Origin: Burkholderiaceae bacterium
GTDB taxonomy: Bacteria > Pseudomonadota > Gammaproteobacteria > Burkholderiales > Burkholderiaceae_F
DNA length: 36,364 bases
Direction: 5' to 3'
Assembly (NCBI GenBank): GCA_036732825.1
Contig: DAINBQ010000002.1
Location: forward strand, 1 to 36,364
Below, piece by piece: positions 1 to 9,261 of this stretch. The notes below the pieces were generated by a model that did not search any database, was not told where the DNA came from, and was given only the letters and a program-made list of their open reading frames with translations. Position 1 is the first letter of the stretch, and each line of letters starts with the position of its first letter. A program made the translations under genes and the position numbers.

Positions 1-1337
1 GCGAAGGCCTGGCTGGTGCGGTCGTACCAGCCGGCCGCACGCAGTTCCTCGATGAAGATCGCATCGGCCCGGCGCAGCAGGTCCGCGTAGGACTGCTTCA
101 CCTCGCCGAGGATGCGCACGCCGAGACCCGGGCCGGGGAACGGATGCCGGAACACCATGTCGCGCGGCAGGCCGAGAGCGAGCCCCAGGCTGCGCACCTC
201 GTCCTTGAAGAGTTCCCGCAGCGGCTCGAGCAGCTTCAGGTGCAGCGTTTCGGGCAGGCCGCCGACGTTGTGATGACTCTTGATCGTCATCGCCTTCTTG
301 GTCTTCGCACCGGCCGATTCGATGACGTCCGGATAGATCGTCCCCTGCGCCAGCCACTTCGCATTCGGCAGCTTCGCGGCTTCTTCCTGGAACACGTGCA
401 CGAACTCGCGGCCGATGATGCGGCGTTTCTCCTCGGGGTCCGTGACGCCGGCGAGCGCGTTCATGAAGCGCGCAGTGGCATCGATGTGCAGCAGCTTCAT
501 GCCCAGGTGCTTGTCGAACGTGTCGACCACCTGCCGGCCTTCGTCGAGCCGCAGCAGCCCGGTGTCGACGAACACGCAGGTGAGCTGGCTGCCGATCGCG
601 CGGTGAATCAGCGCGGCCGCCACCGAAGAGTCGACGCCGCCGGACAGTCCAAGGATCACCTCTTCGGCGCCGACCTGCGAGCGGATCTTCTCGACTGCCT
701 CGCCGGCGTAGTCGCCCATCACCCAGTCGGCCCGCGCACCGCAGATCTCGAGCACGAACCGGCTCAGGATCGCCTGTCCCTGCGGCGTATGCGTGACTTC
801 GGGATGGAACTGCACCGCGTAGTAACGCCGGCGTTCGTCGGCCATGCCGGCGATCGGGCAGGACTCGCTCGACGCCATCAGCGCGAAGCCCGGCGGCATC
901 TCGACGACTTTGTCGCCGTGGCTCATCCAGACCTTCAGCAGGCCGTGTCCTTCGGCCGTGCGCTCGTCCTCTATGCCTGCCAGCAGCTTCGTGTGTCCGC
1001 GCGCCCTCACCTCCGCGTAGCCGAACTCGCGCGCGTGGCCGCCCTCGACCTTGCCGCCGAGCTGGTGCGCCATCGTCTGCATGCCGTAGCAGATGCCGAG
1101 CACCGGCACCCCCAGTTCGAAGACGGCCGGCGGTGCCTTGTCGGTCGATTCCTCATACGCCGACATGTGGCTGCCCGAGAGGATCACGCCCTTGGGCGCA
1201 AAGTCGCGCACGAAATCGTCACTGACATCGGCCGGGTGGATCTCGCTGTAGACACCCGCTTCGCGCACGCGCCGGGCGATCAGCTGCGTGACCTGCGAAC
1301 CGAAGTCGAGGATCAGGATGCGGTCGTGTTTCGTCAT
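1..1337 (-). CDS. guaA: GMP synthase (glutamine-hydrolysing); C-terminus runs off the window start
   Basis: Not in the ORF track because it is truncated. My minus-strand translation from the ATG at 1337 reads [35 protein letters not shown]...GICYGMQTM (GATase domain), then [13 protein letters not shown] (ATP-PPase P-loop). It lies directly downstream of guaB. Confidence 0.93.
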   Translation of the reverse strand, partial: MTKHDRILILDFGSQVTQLIARRVREAGVYSEIHPADVSDDFVRDFAPKGVILSGSHMSAYEESTDKAPPAVFELGVPVLGICYGMQTMAHQLGGKVEGGHAREFGYAEVRARGHTKLLAGIEDERTAEGHGLLKVWMSHGDKVVEMPPGFALMASSESCPIAGMADERRRYYAVQFHPEVTHTPQGQAILSRFVLEICGARADWVMGDYAGEAVEKIRSQVGAEEVILGLSGGVDSSVAAALIHRAIGSQLTCVFVDTGLLRLDEGRQVVDTFDKHLGMKLLHIDATARFMNALAGVTDPEEKRRIIGREFVHVFQEEAAKLPNAKWLAQGTIYPDVIESAGAKTKKAMTIKSHHNVGGLPETLHLKLLEPLRELFKDEVRSLGLALGLPRDMVFRHPFPGPGLGVRILGEVKQSYADLLRRADAIFIEELRAAGWYDRTSQAF

Positions 1338-1434
1338 CGGGTGCGGCCGGCGCGCCGGCAGGTGGTCGAAGTGCTGCCAGGGAATGGCTCAAGAACGGAG
1401 CGGATCGCTGCCGTGCAAGTCAGCCGCACTCCAG

Positions 1435-2898
1435 TCAGTCCTCCAGCCGGTAGTTCGGTGCTTCCTTCGTGATTCGCACGTCGTGCACGTGCGATTCGCG
1501 CATTCCGGCAGTCGTGATCTCGACGAACTGCGCCTTGGTCCGCATTTCGTCGATCGAATTGCAGCCGCAATAGCCCATGCTGGACCGCAAGCCGCCCGTC
1601 ATCTGGTAGATGATTGCCAGCACACTTCCCTTGTACGGGACCATGCCTTCGATCCCTTCGGGGACGTACTTGTCGACGTTGGCGTCGTTGTCCTGGAAGT
1701 AGCGCTCGGCGGATCCTTCCGTCATCGCGCCCAGGCTGCCCATGCCGCGATAGCTCTTGTATGAACGGCCCTGGTACAGGATCACTTCGCCCGGGGCCTC
1801 CTCCGTGCCGGCGAACATGCCACCCATCATCACCGAATACGCGCCCGCTGCGAGCGCCTTTGAAACGTCGCCCGAATAGCGGATTCCGCCATCGGCGATG
1901 AGCGGAACGCCGGTGCCGGCCAGGGACTGCGCGACGTTCGACACCGCGGTGATCTGCGGCACGCCCACGCCGGCCACGATCCGCGTCGTGCAGATCGAGC
2001 CGGGCCCGATGCCGACCTTGACGCCATCAGCACCGGCATCGACCAGTGCGCGCGCCGCCTCGGCGGTCGCGACATTGCCGCCGATGACGTCGACGTCCGG
2101 GAAGTTCTTCTTGACCCATTTCACCCGATTCAGCACGCCCTGGTGATGGCCGTGCGCGGTATCGACGATCAGCACATCGACGCCAGCCTTGACCATCAAT
2201 TCGGCCCGCTCGTCGGAGTCGGGCCCGGTGCTGATCGCGCCGCCGACGCGCAGCTTGCCGAGCGCGTCCTTGGCGGCCAGCGGGTGCTCGGTGGCTTTCG
2301 TGATGTCCTTGACGGTGACCAGTCCGCGCAGTTCATCGTCGCCGTTGATCACGGCCACGCGCTCCAGCCGGTGCTTGTGCATCAGCGCCTTCGCTTCTTC
2401 GAGACTGGCGCCCTCGGGAACCGTGACCAGGCGCGCGCGCGGCGTCATGATGTCGCGGATCGGAGCGTCGTAGCGGGTCTCGAATCGCAGGTCGCGGTTG
2501 GTCACGATGCCGACGATGCGCTTGCCCTCGACCACCGGCAGTCCCGAGATCTTGTGTGCACGCTGCAGTTCGATCGCGTCACGCACCGTCATGTCCTGCG
2601 TGACGGTGATGGGGTCGCGCAGCACGCCGGCCTCATGACGCTTGACCTTGATGACCTGCGCGGCCTGCTCTTTCGGCGTGATGTTCTTGTGGATGATCCC
2701 GATGCCGCCCTCCTGCGCGAGTGCGATCGCGAGGCGGGCCTCGGTCACGGTATCCATCGCCGCCGAGACCAGCGGGATATTCAGGGAGATGTTGCGGGAG
2801 AGCTTTGTGGAGAGCTGTACGTCGCGGGGAAGGACCGCCGAGTAGGCGGGGACGAGCAGCACGTCATCGAAGGTCAGCGCCTTCTGAACCAACCGCAT
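1435..2898 (-). CDS. guaB: IMP dehydrogenase
   Basis: The track ORF 1435..2910 contains [20 protein letters not shown], a CBS pair and the catalytic loop [12 protein letters not shown] chose the second ATG (2898) because a GAGGA RBS lies a few nt upstream and the N-terminus then matches the family. Confidence 0.94.
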   Translation of the reverse strand: MRLVQKALTFDDVLLVPAYSAVLPRDVQLSTKLSRNISLNIPLVSAAMDTVTEARLAIALAQEGGIGIIHKNITPKEQAAQVIKVKRHEAGVLRDPITVTQDMTVRDAIELQRAHKISGLPVVEGKRIVGIVTNRDLRFETRYDAPIRDIMTPRARLVTVPEGASLEEAKALMHKHRLERVAVINGDDELRGLVTVKDITKATEHPLAAKDALGKLRVGGAISTGPDSDERAELMVKAGVDVLIVDTAHGHHQGVLNRVKWVKKNFPDVDVIGGNVATAEAARALVDAGADGVKVGIGPGSICTTRIVAGVGVPQITAVSNVAQSLAGTGVPLIADGGIRYSGDVSKALAAGAYSVMMGGMFAGTEEAPGEVILYQGRSYKSYRGMGSLGAMTEGSAERYFQDNDANVDKYVPEGIEGMVPYKGSVLAIIYQMTGGLRSSMGYCGCNSIDEMRTKAQFVEITTAGMRESHVHDVRITKEAPNYRLED

Positions 2899-3038
2899 AG
2901 TTGTCCTCATGACGCAAAAGCGGAGTATACGCGACCGTTCGGACGACTATTTGGCACCGAACTGCATGCCTGTTCAGGCGACTGAAGTCTTGCCGGGTGC
3001 CGGAAAAGCGTCGGACAATGGGCGGCGAAGGAGGACGT

Positions 3039-3572
3039 ATGCGCGCTGAATTACAGGCGGTTCGACGGACGTTGGCGGTGGCGATCGCGCTGGGCGCACT
3101 GACGGCGCTGCCGGCCGCGGCCCAGTGGGTCTGGAAGGACAGCAACGGACGCACCGTTTATTCCGATCGCTCGCCACCGGCCGACGTGAAGCCTTCGCAG
3201 ATCGTGCGGCAGCCAGCCAATCCCGTGCTGGCCCCTGCACCTGCGCCGGCCAGCCCAACGGAGGCGTCGAAGGCGCCGGCCGAGAAGGCTCAGGCGGCAA
3301 GCGGTCCGAAGACCGTCGCGGAACAGGAGATGGAGTTCCGCAAACGCCAGCAGGAGCGCGCCGATAACGAACGCAAGGAACAGGAAGAACAGCAGAAGAG
3401 CGCTGCAAAGGCGGCAGAATGCGAACGGGCCCGCGGCTATCTGAAGGGTCTTGAAGACGGCCAGCGGATCGTTCGTACCGATGCATCCGGCAACCGCGAG
3501 TACCTCGACGACACCCAGCGCAAGGCGGAGATCGAACGCACGCGCAAGATGGTTCAGTCGTTCTGCAGCTAG
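3039..3572 (+). CDS. DUF4124 domain-containing secreted protein
   Basis: Signal peptide MRAELQAVRRTLAVAIALGALTALPAAAQ, then WVWKDSNGRTVYSDRSPP, typical of DUF4124. The C-terminus is charged and coiled-coil-like. A GGAGG RBS precedes the ATG at 3039, so the track start 2997 was trimmed. Confidence 0.72.
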   Translation: MRAELQAVRRTLAVAIALGALTALPAAAQWVWKDSNGRTVYSDRSPPADVKPSQIVRQPANPVLAPAPAPASPTEASKAPAEKAQAASGPKTVAEQEMEFRKRQQERADNERKEQEEQQKSAAKAAECERARGYLKGLEDGQRIVRTDASGNREYLDDTQRKAEIERTRKMVQSFCS

Positions 3573-3579
3573 CTCATCC

Positions 3580-3879
3580 TCACCGGCCTGCCCTTTTGCG
3601 CTTGATCTTCGCGCGGATGCGGCGGGCCTCCTTCGGCTCGACCTTCAGCGGCCGGTAGATTTCGACCCGGTCCGCGTCGCGCACCTCTTCCTGTAGCGAA
3701 CACGGCCGGCCCCAAATGCCGGCATCCGGCACCGCGCCGAGCTCGGGGCGGCGCGTGAGCAGCCCCGACGCATCGATCGCATCGCGAACGGTCGCGCCGG
3801 AGGCCAGTCGCACCTCGACGATGTCCTCGGCGCCAGGCGCGCAGTAGGCGACCGTCACCAGGACTTCAGTTGGGGCCAT
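3580..3879 (-). CDS. rnfH: RnfH family protein (UPF0125, ubiquitin-like fold; RatB-like)
   Basis: [35 protein letters not shown]...DRVEIYRPL matches the RnfH/YfjF family. It overlaps the ratA stop by 14 nt, the usual ratA-rnfH arrangement next to smpB. Confidence 0.8.
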   Translation of the reverse strand: MAPTEVLVTVAYCAPGAEDIVEVRLASGATVRDAIDASGLLTRRPELGAVPDAGIWGRPCSLQEEVRDADRVEIYRPLKVEPKEARRIRAKIKRKRAGR

Positions 3880-4303
3880 AGAGTTGCTCGGCGCGTTCGG
3901 CGAACGAGTCGACCATCGAGTTCGCGATCGCATCGAACACCGGTGCGACCGCCCGTCCGAGCCATCCGCTTGCGAACTCGTAGTGCAGCGACAGGTGAAC
4001 CTTGCACGCGCCTGGCCGCAGCGGGAGGAAATGCCAGTGGCCGGTCAGCGCACGGAACGGTCCTTCGACGAGACTGATCCGGATCTGCTCCGGATAACGA
4101 TGGTCGTTGCGCGTCGTGAACCGCGTGCGGATGCCCAGATAGGCGATGTCGATGCTCGCATCGACCCCGCCCTCGTGATCCGCGATCACGCGCGATCCCT
4201 CGCACCACGGCAGGAACGCCGGATACGCCTCGACGTCGGCGACCAGATCGAACATCTGTTCGGCGCTGTAGTGGACGTAGACGGAGCGATCGACGCGTGG
4301 CAT
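3866..4303 (-). CDS. ratA: SRPBCC/START-fold RatA-family protein (ribosome association toxin / Coq10-like)
   Basis: [34 protein letters not shown]...[12 protein letters not shown] resembles E. coli RatA (YfjG). The start was set at the MPRV methionine by N-terminal homology. The gene is divergent from smpB. Confidence 0.8.
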   Translation of the reverse strand: MPRVDRSVYVHYSAEQMFDLVADVEAYPAFLPWCEGSRVIADHEGGVDASIDIAYLGIRTRFTTRNDHRYPEQIRISLVEGPFRALTGHWHFLPLRPGACKVHLSLHYEFASGWLGRAVAPVFDAIANSMVDSFAERAEQLYGPN

Positions 4304-4325
4304 GGCGAGCCGGAGATACACTCGA

Positions 4326-4811
4326 ATGTTCGGGGATTCTATTCAGGCAGGCACGACCGCAGTGGCCATCGTTCAGAACAAGAAGGCGCAGCATGACTAC
4401 TTCATCGAGGAGCGGTACGAGGCCGGGCTGGTGCTCGAAGGCTGGGAAGTGAAGGCAATCCGTGCCGGCCACGTGCAGCTGGGCGAAGCATATGTCGTGA
4501 TCCGCAATGGCGAACTCTTCCTGCTCAATGCCCATGTCAGTCCGCTGCCGACTGCGTCGACGCATATCACGCCCGAAGCGACGCGAACACGCAAGCTGCT
4601 GATGCATTCGAACGAGATTCGCAAGCTGATCGGCAAGGTGGAGCGCGCGGGATACGCGCTGGTACCACTCGACCTTCACTACAGCAAGGGCCGCGTGAAG
4701 CTGGAGGTCGGCCTCGCGAAGGGCAAGCGGCAGTTCGAGAAGCGCGCCTCGGAAGCCGACAAGGACTGGAAGCGGCAGCAGAACCGGTTGCTGAAGTCGC
4801 GCAGTCGCTGA
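4326..4811 (+). CDS. smpB: SsrA-binding protein SmpB
   Basis: [31 protein letters not shown]...[13 protein letters not shown]...[22 protein letters not shown]. The start at MFGDS leaves the same N-terminal spacing as E. coli SmpB. The ATG at 4302 is an alternative. Confidence 0.92.
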   Translation: MFGDSIQAGTTAVAIVQNKKAQHDYFIEERYEAGLVLEGWEVKAIRAGHVQLGEAYVVIRNGELFLLNAHVSPLPTASTHITPEATRTRKLLMHSNEIRKLIGKVERAGYALVPLDLHYSKGRVKLEVGLAKGKRQFEKRASEADKDWKRQQNRLLKSRSR

Positions 4812-4821
4812 CCGCGCGCGG

Positions 4822-5232
4822 TCAGGGCCGCTGTCTGCCGAGGAAGCCGTCGTAGAAGACGCGCAGCTCGTTCAGATCGAAGGTGAAGATGCCGGACCGT
4901 ACGCCAGGGTCGGCCTCGAGTTCGGCGCGCGCCGCCGCTTCCGATTCGGCGCGCAACACGATCATTCCCTTGTCGGAATACCGCGCGCCGAGCACGATGC
5001 GGCCGGCGTCGCGCAGGCGCTCGAGGTTCTGGCCATGCTCGCGAAAGCTCGGCTGCTCACCGGGCGGCCTGCCGGCGATCCATCCGGGACCGAGTGAGAA
5101 CACGACGAGAAAGTCCTTTCCTGCCGCTGCGACCCCACCCGCGTCCGCTGCTGCGGCTGTCCCCGTGACGATCTGGGCCGCGACCGGAAGCACAGCGGCC
5201 AGGAGGACTTTTGCGATTGACTGCTTCGTCAT
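4822..5232 (-). CDS. YciI-like protein with N-terminal signal peptide
   Basis: A GAGGAGG RBS precedes MTKQSIAKVLLAAVLPVAAQIVTGTAAAA (Sec-type signal). The body FLVVFSLGPGW...HGQNLERLRDAGRIVLGARYSDKGMIVLRAESEAAARAELEADPGVRSGIF fits the YciI-like pattern. The family call is by eye only. Confidence 0.55.
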   Translation of the reverse strand: MTKQSIAKVLLAAVLPVAAQIVTGTAAAADAGGVAAAGKDFLVVFSLGPGWIAGRPPGEQPSFREHGQNLERLRDAGRIVLGARYSDKGMIVLRAESEAAARAELEADPGVRSGIFTFDLNELRVFYDGFLGRQRP

Positions 5233-5477
5233 CTCGACCTCCTCGGATTCGCTGCCGCGCGGTACCCAGTGTACCCAGCGCATTGGGTGAGAGCGGCAGA
5301 GCGCCATGAGGACTGAAGACGCGAGCTGCAATGGCTATTGCAGGGATCAAGTCGACGCTTGTTCGCGCCGCAAAAGGTTTGACAACGCCGAGCGGCACCA
5401 CTTACCGTAGTTACATATCACGCCGCCCGCCCCGCCTGCACTTGGCGGTGCGCCTCGTACGGTGCCAGGGAGCCAAG

Positions 5478-5675
5478 ATGCCGAAGTCGGGACGTCGAAC
5501 CGCGCGGCTGGTCGCGCTATGCATGCTGGGCTGTCTGCTGTTTAACTATCCGATCCTGGCGCTGTTCAACCGCCCTGCCGACTTTCTCGGCATTCCGGTG
5601 CTGTACGCATGGATCTTCGGCGCCTGGACGGTGCTGATTGTGCTGATGGCTCACGCGGTCGAACGCGAAGACTAG
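5478..5675 (+). CDS. DUF3311-like small two-TM membrane protein (accessory subunit type found with SSS transporters)
   Basis: 65 aa: MPKSGRRTARLVALCMLGCLLFNYPILALFNRPADFLGIPVLYAWIFGAWTVLIVLMAHAVERED. It has two hydrophobic helices around a DUF3311-like core (FN.P....G.P..Y.W). It lies upstream of an SSS-domain gene on the same strand. Confidence 0.6.
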   Translation: MPKSGRRTARLVALCMLGCLLFNYPILALFNRPADFLGIPVLYAWIFGAWTVLIVLMAHAVERED

Positions 5676-6034
5676 AACCTGTCTCAGAGTCCACGATGCA
5701 TCGCGTTGCGAAGAGAGGCGGGCGGATGCTAGGCGGTTGGCGAAGGACCGTAGCTTGGCCTACGGCCGAGCCGGCCAACAACGCAGACGCCCGCCACCGC
5801 AGCGGCAGAGCCGCTGCGTCGTCGGAAACCTCCCAAGAAGCGCACGCGCGTAGCGCGTGCTCAGCTTCGCAACCCTGCGGGGCGGGGTCGCTCATGTCGC
5901 AAGTGAGGGCGCGTGGCGTTGTTGCGGCTCCGGTCTTTGCATTGAGCAATGGTCCCCTAGCCGCGCCTAGCCTGCACCCAATGCAACGCCGCCGCGACCA
6001 CCGCGGATTTTGAGATAGGTTCCGGGCGCACAGC

Positions 6035-8788
6035 ATGCTCCAGGGCGGGTTCATCATCGCCACTTCGTTCGCCTACCTGGGGCTCCTTTTCGCGATCGCC
6101 TATTACGCCGACCAGCGGGCCGACAGCGGCCGCCCGGTCATAGCCAGCCCCTACATTTACAGCCTGTCGCTGGCCGTGTACGCGACGGCGTGGACGTTTT
6201 ACGGCAGTGTCGGCCGTGCCGCGAGCGACGGCGTCGGCTTCCTGCCGATCTACATCGGCCCGACGCTGATGATCGCGCTCTGGTGGCTGGTGCTGCGCAA
6301 GATCCTGCGCATCTCCAAGCAGAACCGCATCACGTCGCTGGCGGATTTCGTCGCTTCGCGTTACGGCAAGAGCGCGCTGCTGGGCGGCGTGGTCACGATC
6401 ATCGCGGTGGTCGGCATCGTGCCCTACATCTCCCTGCAATTGAAAGCGATCTCCAACAGTTTCACGATCTTGGTGCAGTACCCGGAGATCGTGATGCCAG
6501 CCAAGCTGGGCGCGGCACCCCTGTTGCAGGACACGGCACTGTGGGTGGCTCTGATCCTGGCACTGTTCACGATCGCATTCGGCACGCGCCATCTGGACGC
6601 CGCCGAACACCATCCGGGGATGGTGGCTGCGATCGCATTCGAATCCCTGGTCAAGCTGCTCGCGTTCGTCGCCGTCGGTGCTTTCGTGACCTGGGGAATT
6701 TACGACGGCTTTGGCGACGTGTTTGCGCGCGCCGCGGCGGTTCCGAGGATCGCTCAGTTGCTCACTCCGCTGGAAGTCGTGGCCGGCGGCTATGCGAGCT
6801 GGGTCTGGCTGACCATTCTGTCGATGCTGGCGATCATGTTCCTGCCACGCCAGTTCCAGGTCGCGGTCATCGAGAACATCGACGAAAGACACCTGAAGAA
6901 GGCGATCTGGGTGTTCCCCGCCTACATGCTGGCGATCAACATCTTCGTGCTGCCGATCGCCTTCGGCGGCCGGTTGCACTTTCCGGCAGGCAACGTCGAT
7001 GCCGACACCTTCGTGCTGACCTTGCCGATGGCCGAGCATCAGGAACTGTTGGCGCTGCTGGTGTTCATCGGCGGGCTATCTGCGGCCACCGGCATGGTGA
7101 TCGTCGAGACGATCGCGTTATCGACGATGGTCTGCAACGACCTGCTGATGCCCGTGCTGCTGCGCATGCGGCAGCTGCGCCTGGCCGCGAGGCCCGACCT
7201 GACCACCCTGATCCTTGGCATCCGGCGCGGCGTGATCGTGCTGGTGCTGCTGCTCGGGTATCTGTACTTCCGCCTGGCCGGCGAGGCCTATGCGCTGGTG
7301 TCGATCGGGCTGATCTCGTTCGCAGCGGTCGCGCAATTCGCCCCGGCCATCATCGGTGGCATCTACTGGCGGGGCGCAACACGGCGTGGTGCACTCGCCG
7401 GTCTGATCGCAGGGTTTGGCGTGTGGCTGTATACGCTGCTGCTGCCCGCGCTCTCACGCTCCGGCTGGTTGCCGATCTCCTTTCTGGAACACGGCCCGTT
7501 CAGCATCGAACTGCTAAAGCCGCTCGCCTTGTTCGGGCTCACGGGGCTGGACCAGATCACGCACGCGATGATCTGGAGCATGATCGCCAACATCGGACTG
7601 TATGTGGGCGTTTCAATGGCCGGCACGCAGTCGGCCGTCGAGCGCCGGCAGGCAAGCGTGTTCGTCGACGTGTTCCGGCACGAGGCCGGCGGAGCGCGCT
7701 TCTGGCGCGGCACGGCCTCGGCACGCGATCTGTATGCGGTGCTGGCTCGGTTCATCGGCGTCACCGCGGCTGACACCGCGTTTGCCGACTACGCGCGGGC
7801 GCGTGGACTTTCCTGGCCCAACGATGAACTGATGGCGGACGCCGAGTTCGTTCACTACGTCGAGACCCAACTGGCCGGCGCAATAGGCGCGGCTTCGGCC
7901 CGCATCATGATCGCCTCCGCGGTCAAGGAAGAGGCACTGACGCTGGAAGAGGTAAGCGCGATCCTCGACGAAGCGTCGCAGGTGGTCGTCTACAGCCACC
8001 GGCTGGAGCAGAAGTCGCGGGAACTGGAATTGGCCACCGCCGAACTGCGCGCGGCCAACGAACGACTGAAGGAACTCGACCGCCTGAAGGACGACTTCAT
8101 TTCCACGGTGACACATGAACTGCGCACGCCGCTGACCTCGATCCGCGCGTTCTCCGAGATACTGTTGGCCAACCCGAAGGTGGATCTTGACCAGCGCATG
8201 GAGTTTCTCGGCATCATCACCCGCGAAACCGAGCGGCTGACGCGGCTGATCAACCAGGTGCTTGACCTGGCGAAGATCGCTTCCGGCCGCGCTGAATGGC
8301 AAATGACGCGGGTCGACGTGCGCGAGGTCGTGGCCGACAGCCTGGCCCGGATGAGCCAGGTATTCAAGGAAAAGGGCGTTCAGCTCGAGGCTCGACTGCC
8401 CGAGCACACGCCGCCGGTGCAGGTCGATGTCGACCGCCTGATCCAGGTCTTGATGAACCTGCTGTCCAATGCATTGAAATTCAGTCCGGAGGGCCGCGGC
8501 CGGGTCGAGGTGACGTTGCGCGTGCTCGACGGCGAGGTGCGCATCGACGTGCGCGACAACGGGCCTGGTGTGCGCCGCGAGGATCAGGCACTCATCTTCG
8601 ACAAGTTCTGGCAGGGGGGCGACACTCTGGTCGCCAAGCCGCCGGGAACGGGTCTGGGGCTGAATATCAGCCGCCAGATCGTCGAATACTTCGGCGGCCG
8701 CATCTGGGTTGAAAGCGAACCGGGCGCCGGCGCATGCTTTGCTTTCACGCTGCCGCTGGCGCCGGCATCGACTCTCGCGCCCGCCTGA
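6035..8788 (+). CDS. Sensor histidine kinase with N-terminal sodium:solute symporter (SLC5/SSS) domain and STAC-like linker (CbrA/CrbS-type architecture, no C-terminal receiver)
   Basis: The first ~530 aa are polytopic and PutP/ActP-like. A soluble linker follows (ADAEFVHYVETQLAGAIGAASARIMIASAVK), then a coiled coil. All kinase boxes are intact: H-box FISTVTHELRTPLTSI (His codon 8114-8116), N-box NLLSNALKF, G1 DNGPGV, F FDKF and G2 GTGLGLNISRQIV. Confidence 0.9.
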   Translation: MLQGGFIIATSFAYLGLLFAIAYYADQRADSGRPVIASPYIYSLSLAVYATAWTFYGSVGRAASDGVGFLPIYIGPTLMIALWWLVLRKILRISKQNRITSLADFVASRYGKSALLGGVVTIIAVVGIVPYISLQLKAISNSFTILVQYPEIVMPAKLGAAPLLQDTALWVALILALFTIAFGTRHLDAAEHHPGMVAAIAFESLVKLLAFVAVGAFVTWGIYDGFGDVFARAAAVPRIAQLLTPLEVVAGGYASWVWLTILSMLAIMFLPRQFQVAVIENIDERHLKKAIWVFPAYMLAINIFVLPIAFGGRLHFPAGNVDADTFVLTLPMAEHQELLALLVFIGGLSAATGMVIVETIALSTMVCNDLLMPVLLRMRQLRLAARPDLTTLILGIRRGVIVLVLLLGYLYFRLAGEAYALVSIGLISFAAVAQFAPAIIGGIYWRGATRRGALAGLIAGFGVWLYTLLLPALSRSGWLPISFLEHGPFSIELLKPLALFGLTGLDQITHAMIWSMIANIGLYVGVSMAGTQSAVERRQASVFVDVFRHEAGGARFWRGTASARDLYAVLARFIGVTAADTAFADYARARGLSWPNDELMADAEFVHYVETQLAGAIGAASARIMIASAVKEEALTLEEVSAILDEASQVVVYSHRLEQKSRELELATAELRAANERLKELDRLKDDFISTVTHELRTPLTSIRAFSEILLANPKVDLDQRMEFLGIITRETERLTRLINQVLDLAKIASGRAEWQMTRVDVREVVADSLARMSQVFKEKGVQLEARLPEHTPPVQVDVDRLIQVLMNLLSNALKFSPEGRGRVEVTLRVLDGEVRIDVRDNGPGVRREDQALIFDKFWQGGDTLVAKPPGTGLGLNISRQIVEYFGGRIWVESEPGAGACFAFTLPLAPASTLAPA

Positions 8789-8865
8789 CGCCCGGCCGTC
8801 GGTGTGAAGCAGGCGTCCGCGACAACACTGCGTAATGTGTTGATACCAGACCATCAGGGGTAGTC

Positions 8866-9261
8866 ATGAGCGAAACGACGCGCAAGGTGCTCATCGTTGA
8901 TGATGAGCCGAACATCGTCACCGCACTCGAATTCCTGCTCAAGCGGAGCGGCTATGACGTACGGCTGGCGGCGAACGGCGCCGAGGCGCTGGAGCAGGTC
9001 GAAACCTACCGGCCGGATGTCGTCCTCATGGACGTCATGATGCCGATCAAGAGCGGTTTCGAGGTCTGCCAGAGAATGCGGGAACGACCCGACCTGGCGC
9101 AGATCAAAATCGTGATGCTGTCGGCCAAAGGCAGCGAGGCCGAAGTCAGCAAGGGCCTGTCGCTCGGCGCCGACCTTTACATCACCAAGCCATTTTCCAC
9201 GCAGGAACTGGTGTCCACGATCAACCGGCTGTTCGAACCGGGCGGAACGCCGAGCCAATGA
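8866..9261 (+). CDS. Stand-alone CheY-like response-regulator receiver (no output domain)
   Basis: 131 aa. It has KVLIVDDEP, the phospho-acceptor context VVLMDVMMP (Asp56 codon 9031-9033), LSAKG and YITKPF. Its stop overlaps the next gene's ATG (ATGA at 9258-9261). Confidence 0.9.
   Translation: MSETTRKVLIVDDEPNIVTALEFLLKRSGYDVRLAANGAEALEQVETYRPDVVLMDVMMPIKSGFEVCQRMRERPDLAQIKIVMLSAKGSEAEVSKGLSLGADLYITKPFSTQELVSTINRLFEPGGTPSQ

Noticed and set aside
144-1472. 442-aa plus-strand ORF
   Set aside because: It is antisense to a clearly recognisable guaA on the minus strand. Its R/A/H/D/L-rich low-complexity composition is typical of shadow ORFs in high-GC DNA, and it has no recognisable motifs.
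4812-5477. Search for ssrA (tmRNA) or a tRNA next to smpB
   Set aside because: I found no tRNA-like acceptor or T-arm (GGTTCGAxTCC-type) sequence by eye. The region is occupied by the YciI-like gene and a promoter region. A tRNAscan/ARAGORN run would be definitive.
5566-6063. ORFs of 165 aa (minus) and 134 aa (plus, 5609-6013) spanning the DUF3311/kinase spacer
   Set aside because: Both are R/S/A/P-rich with no hydrophobic core or motifs and no convincing RBS. I treated the region as non-coding structured DNA/RNA instead.
5957-8854. Long shadow ORFs over the SSS-kinase gene (5957-7039 minus, 6190-7773 plus off-frame, 7613-8854 minus)
   Set aside because: The 6035-8788 frame carries a coherent polytopic SSS domain and complete H/N/G1/F/G2 kinase boxes. 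The alternatives are Arg/Gly/Asp-rich nonsense.
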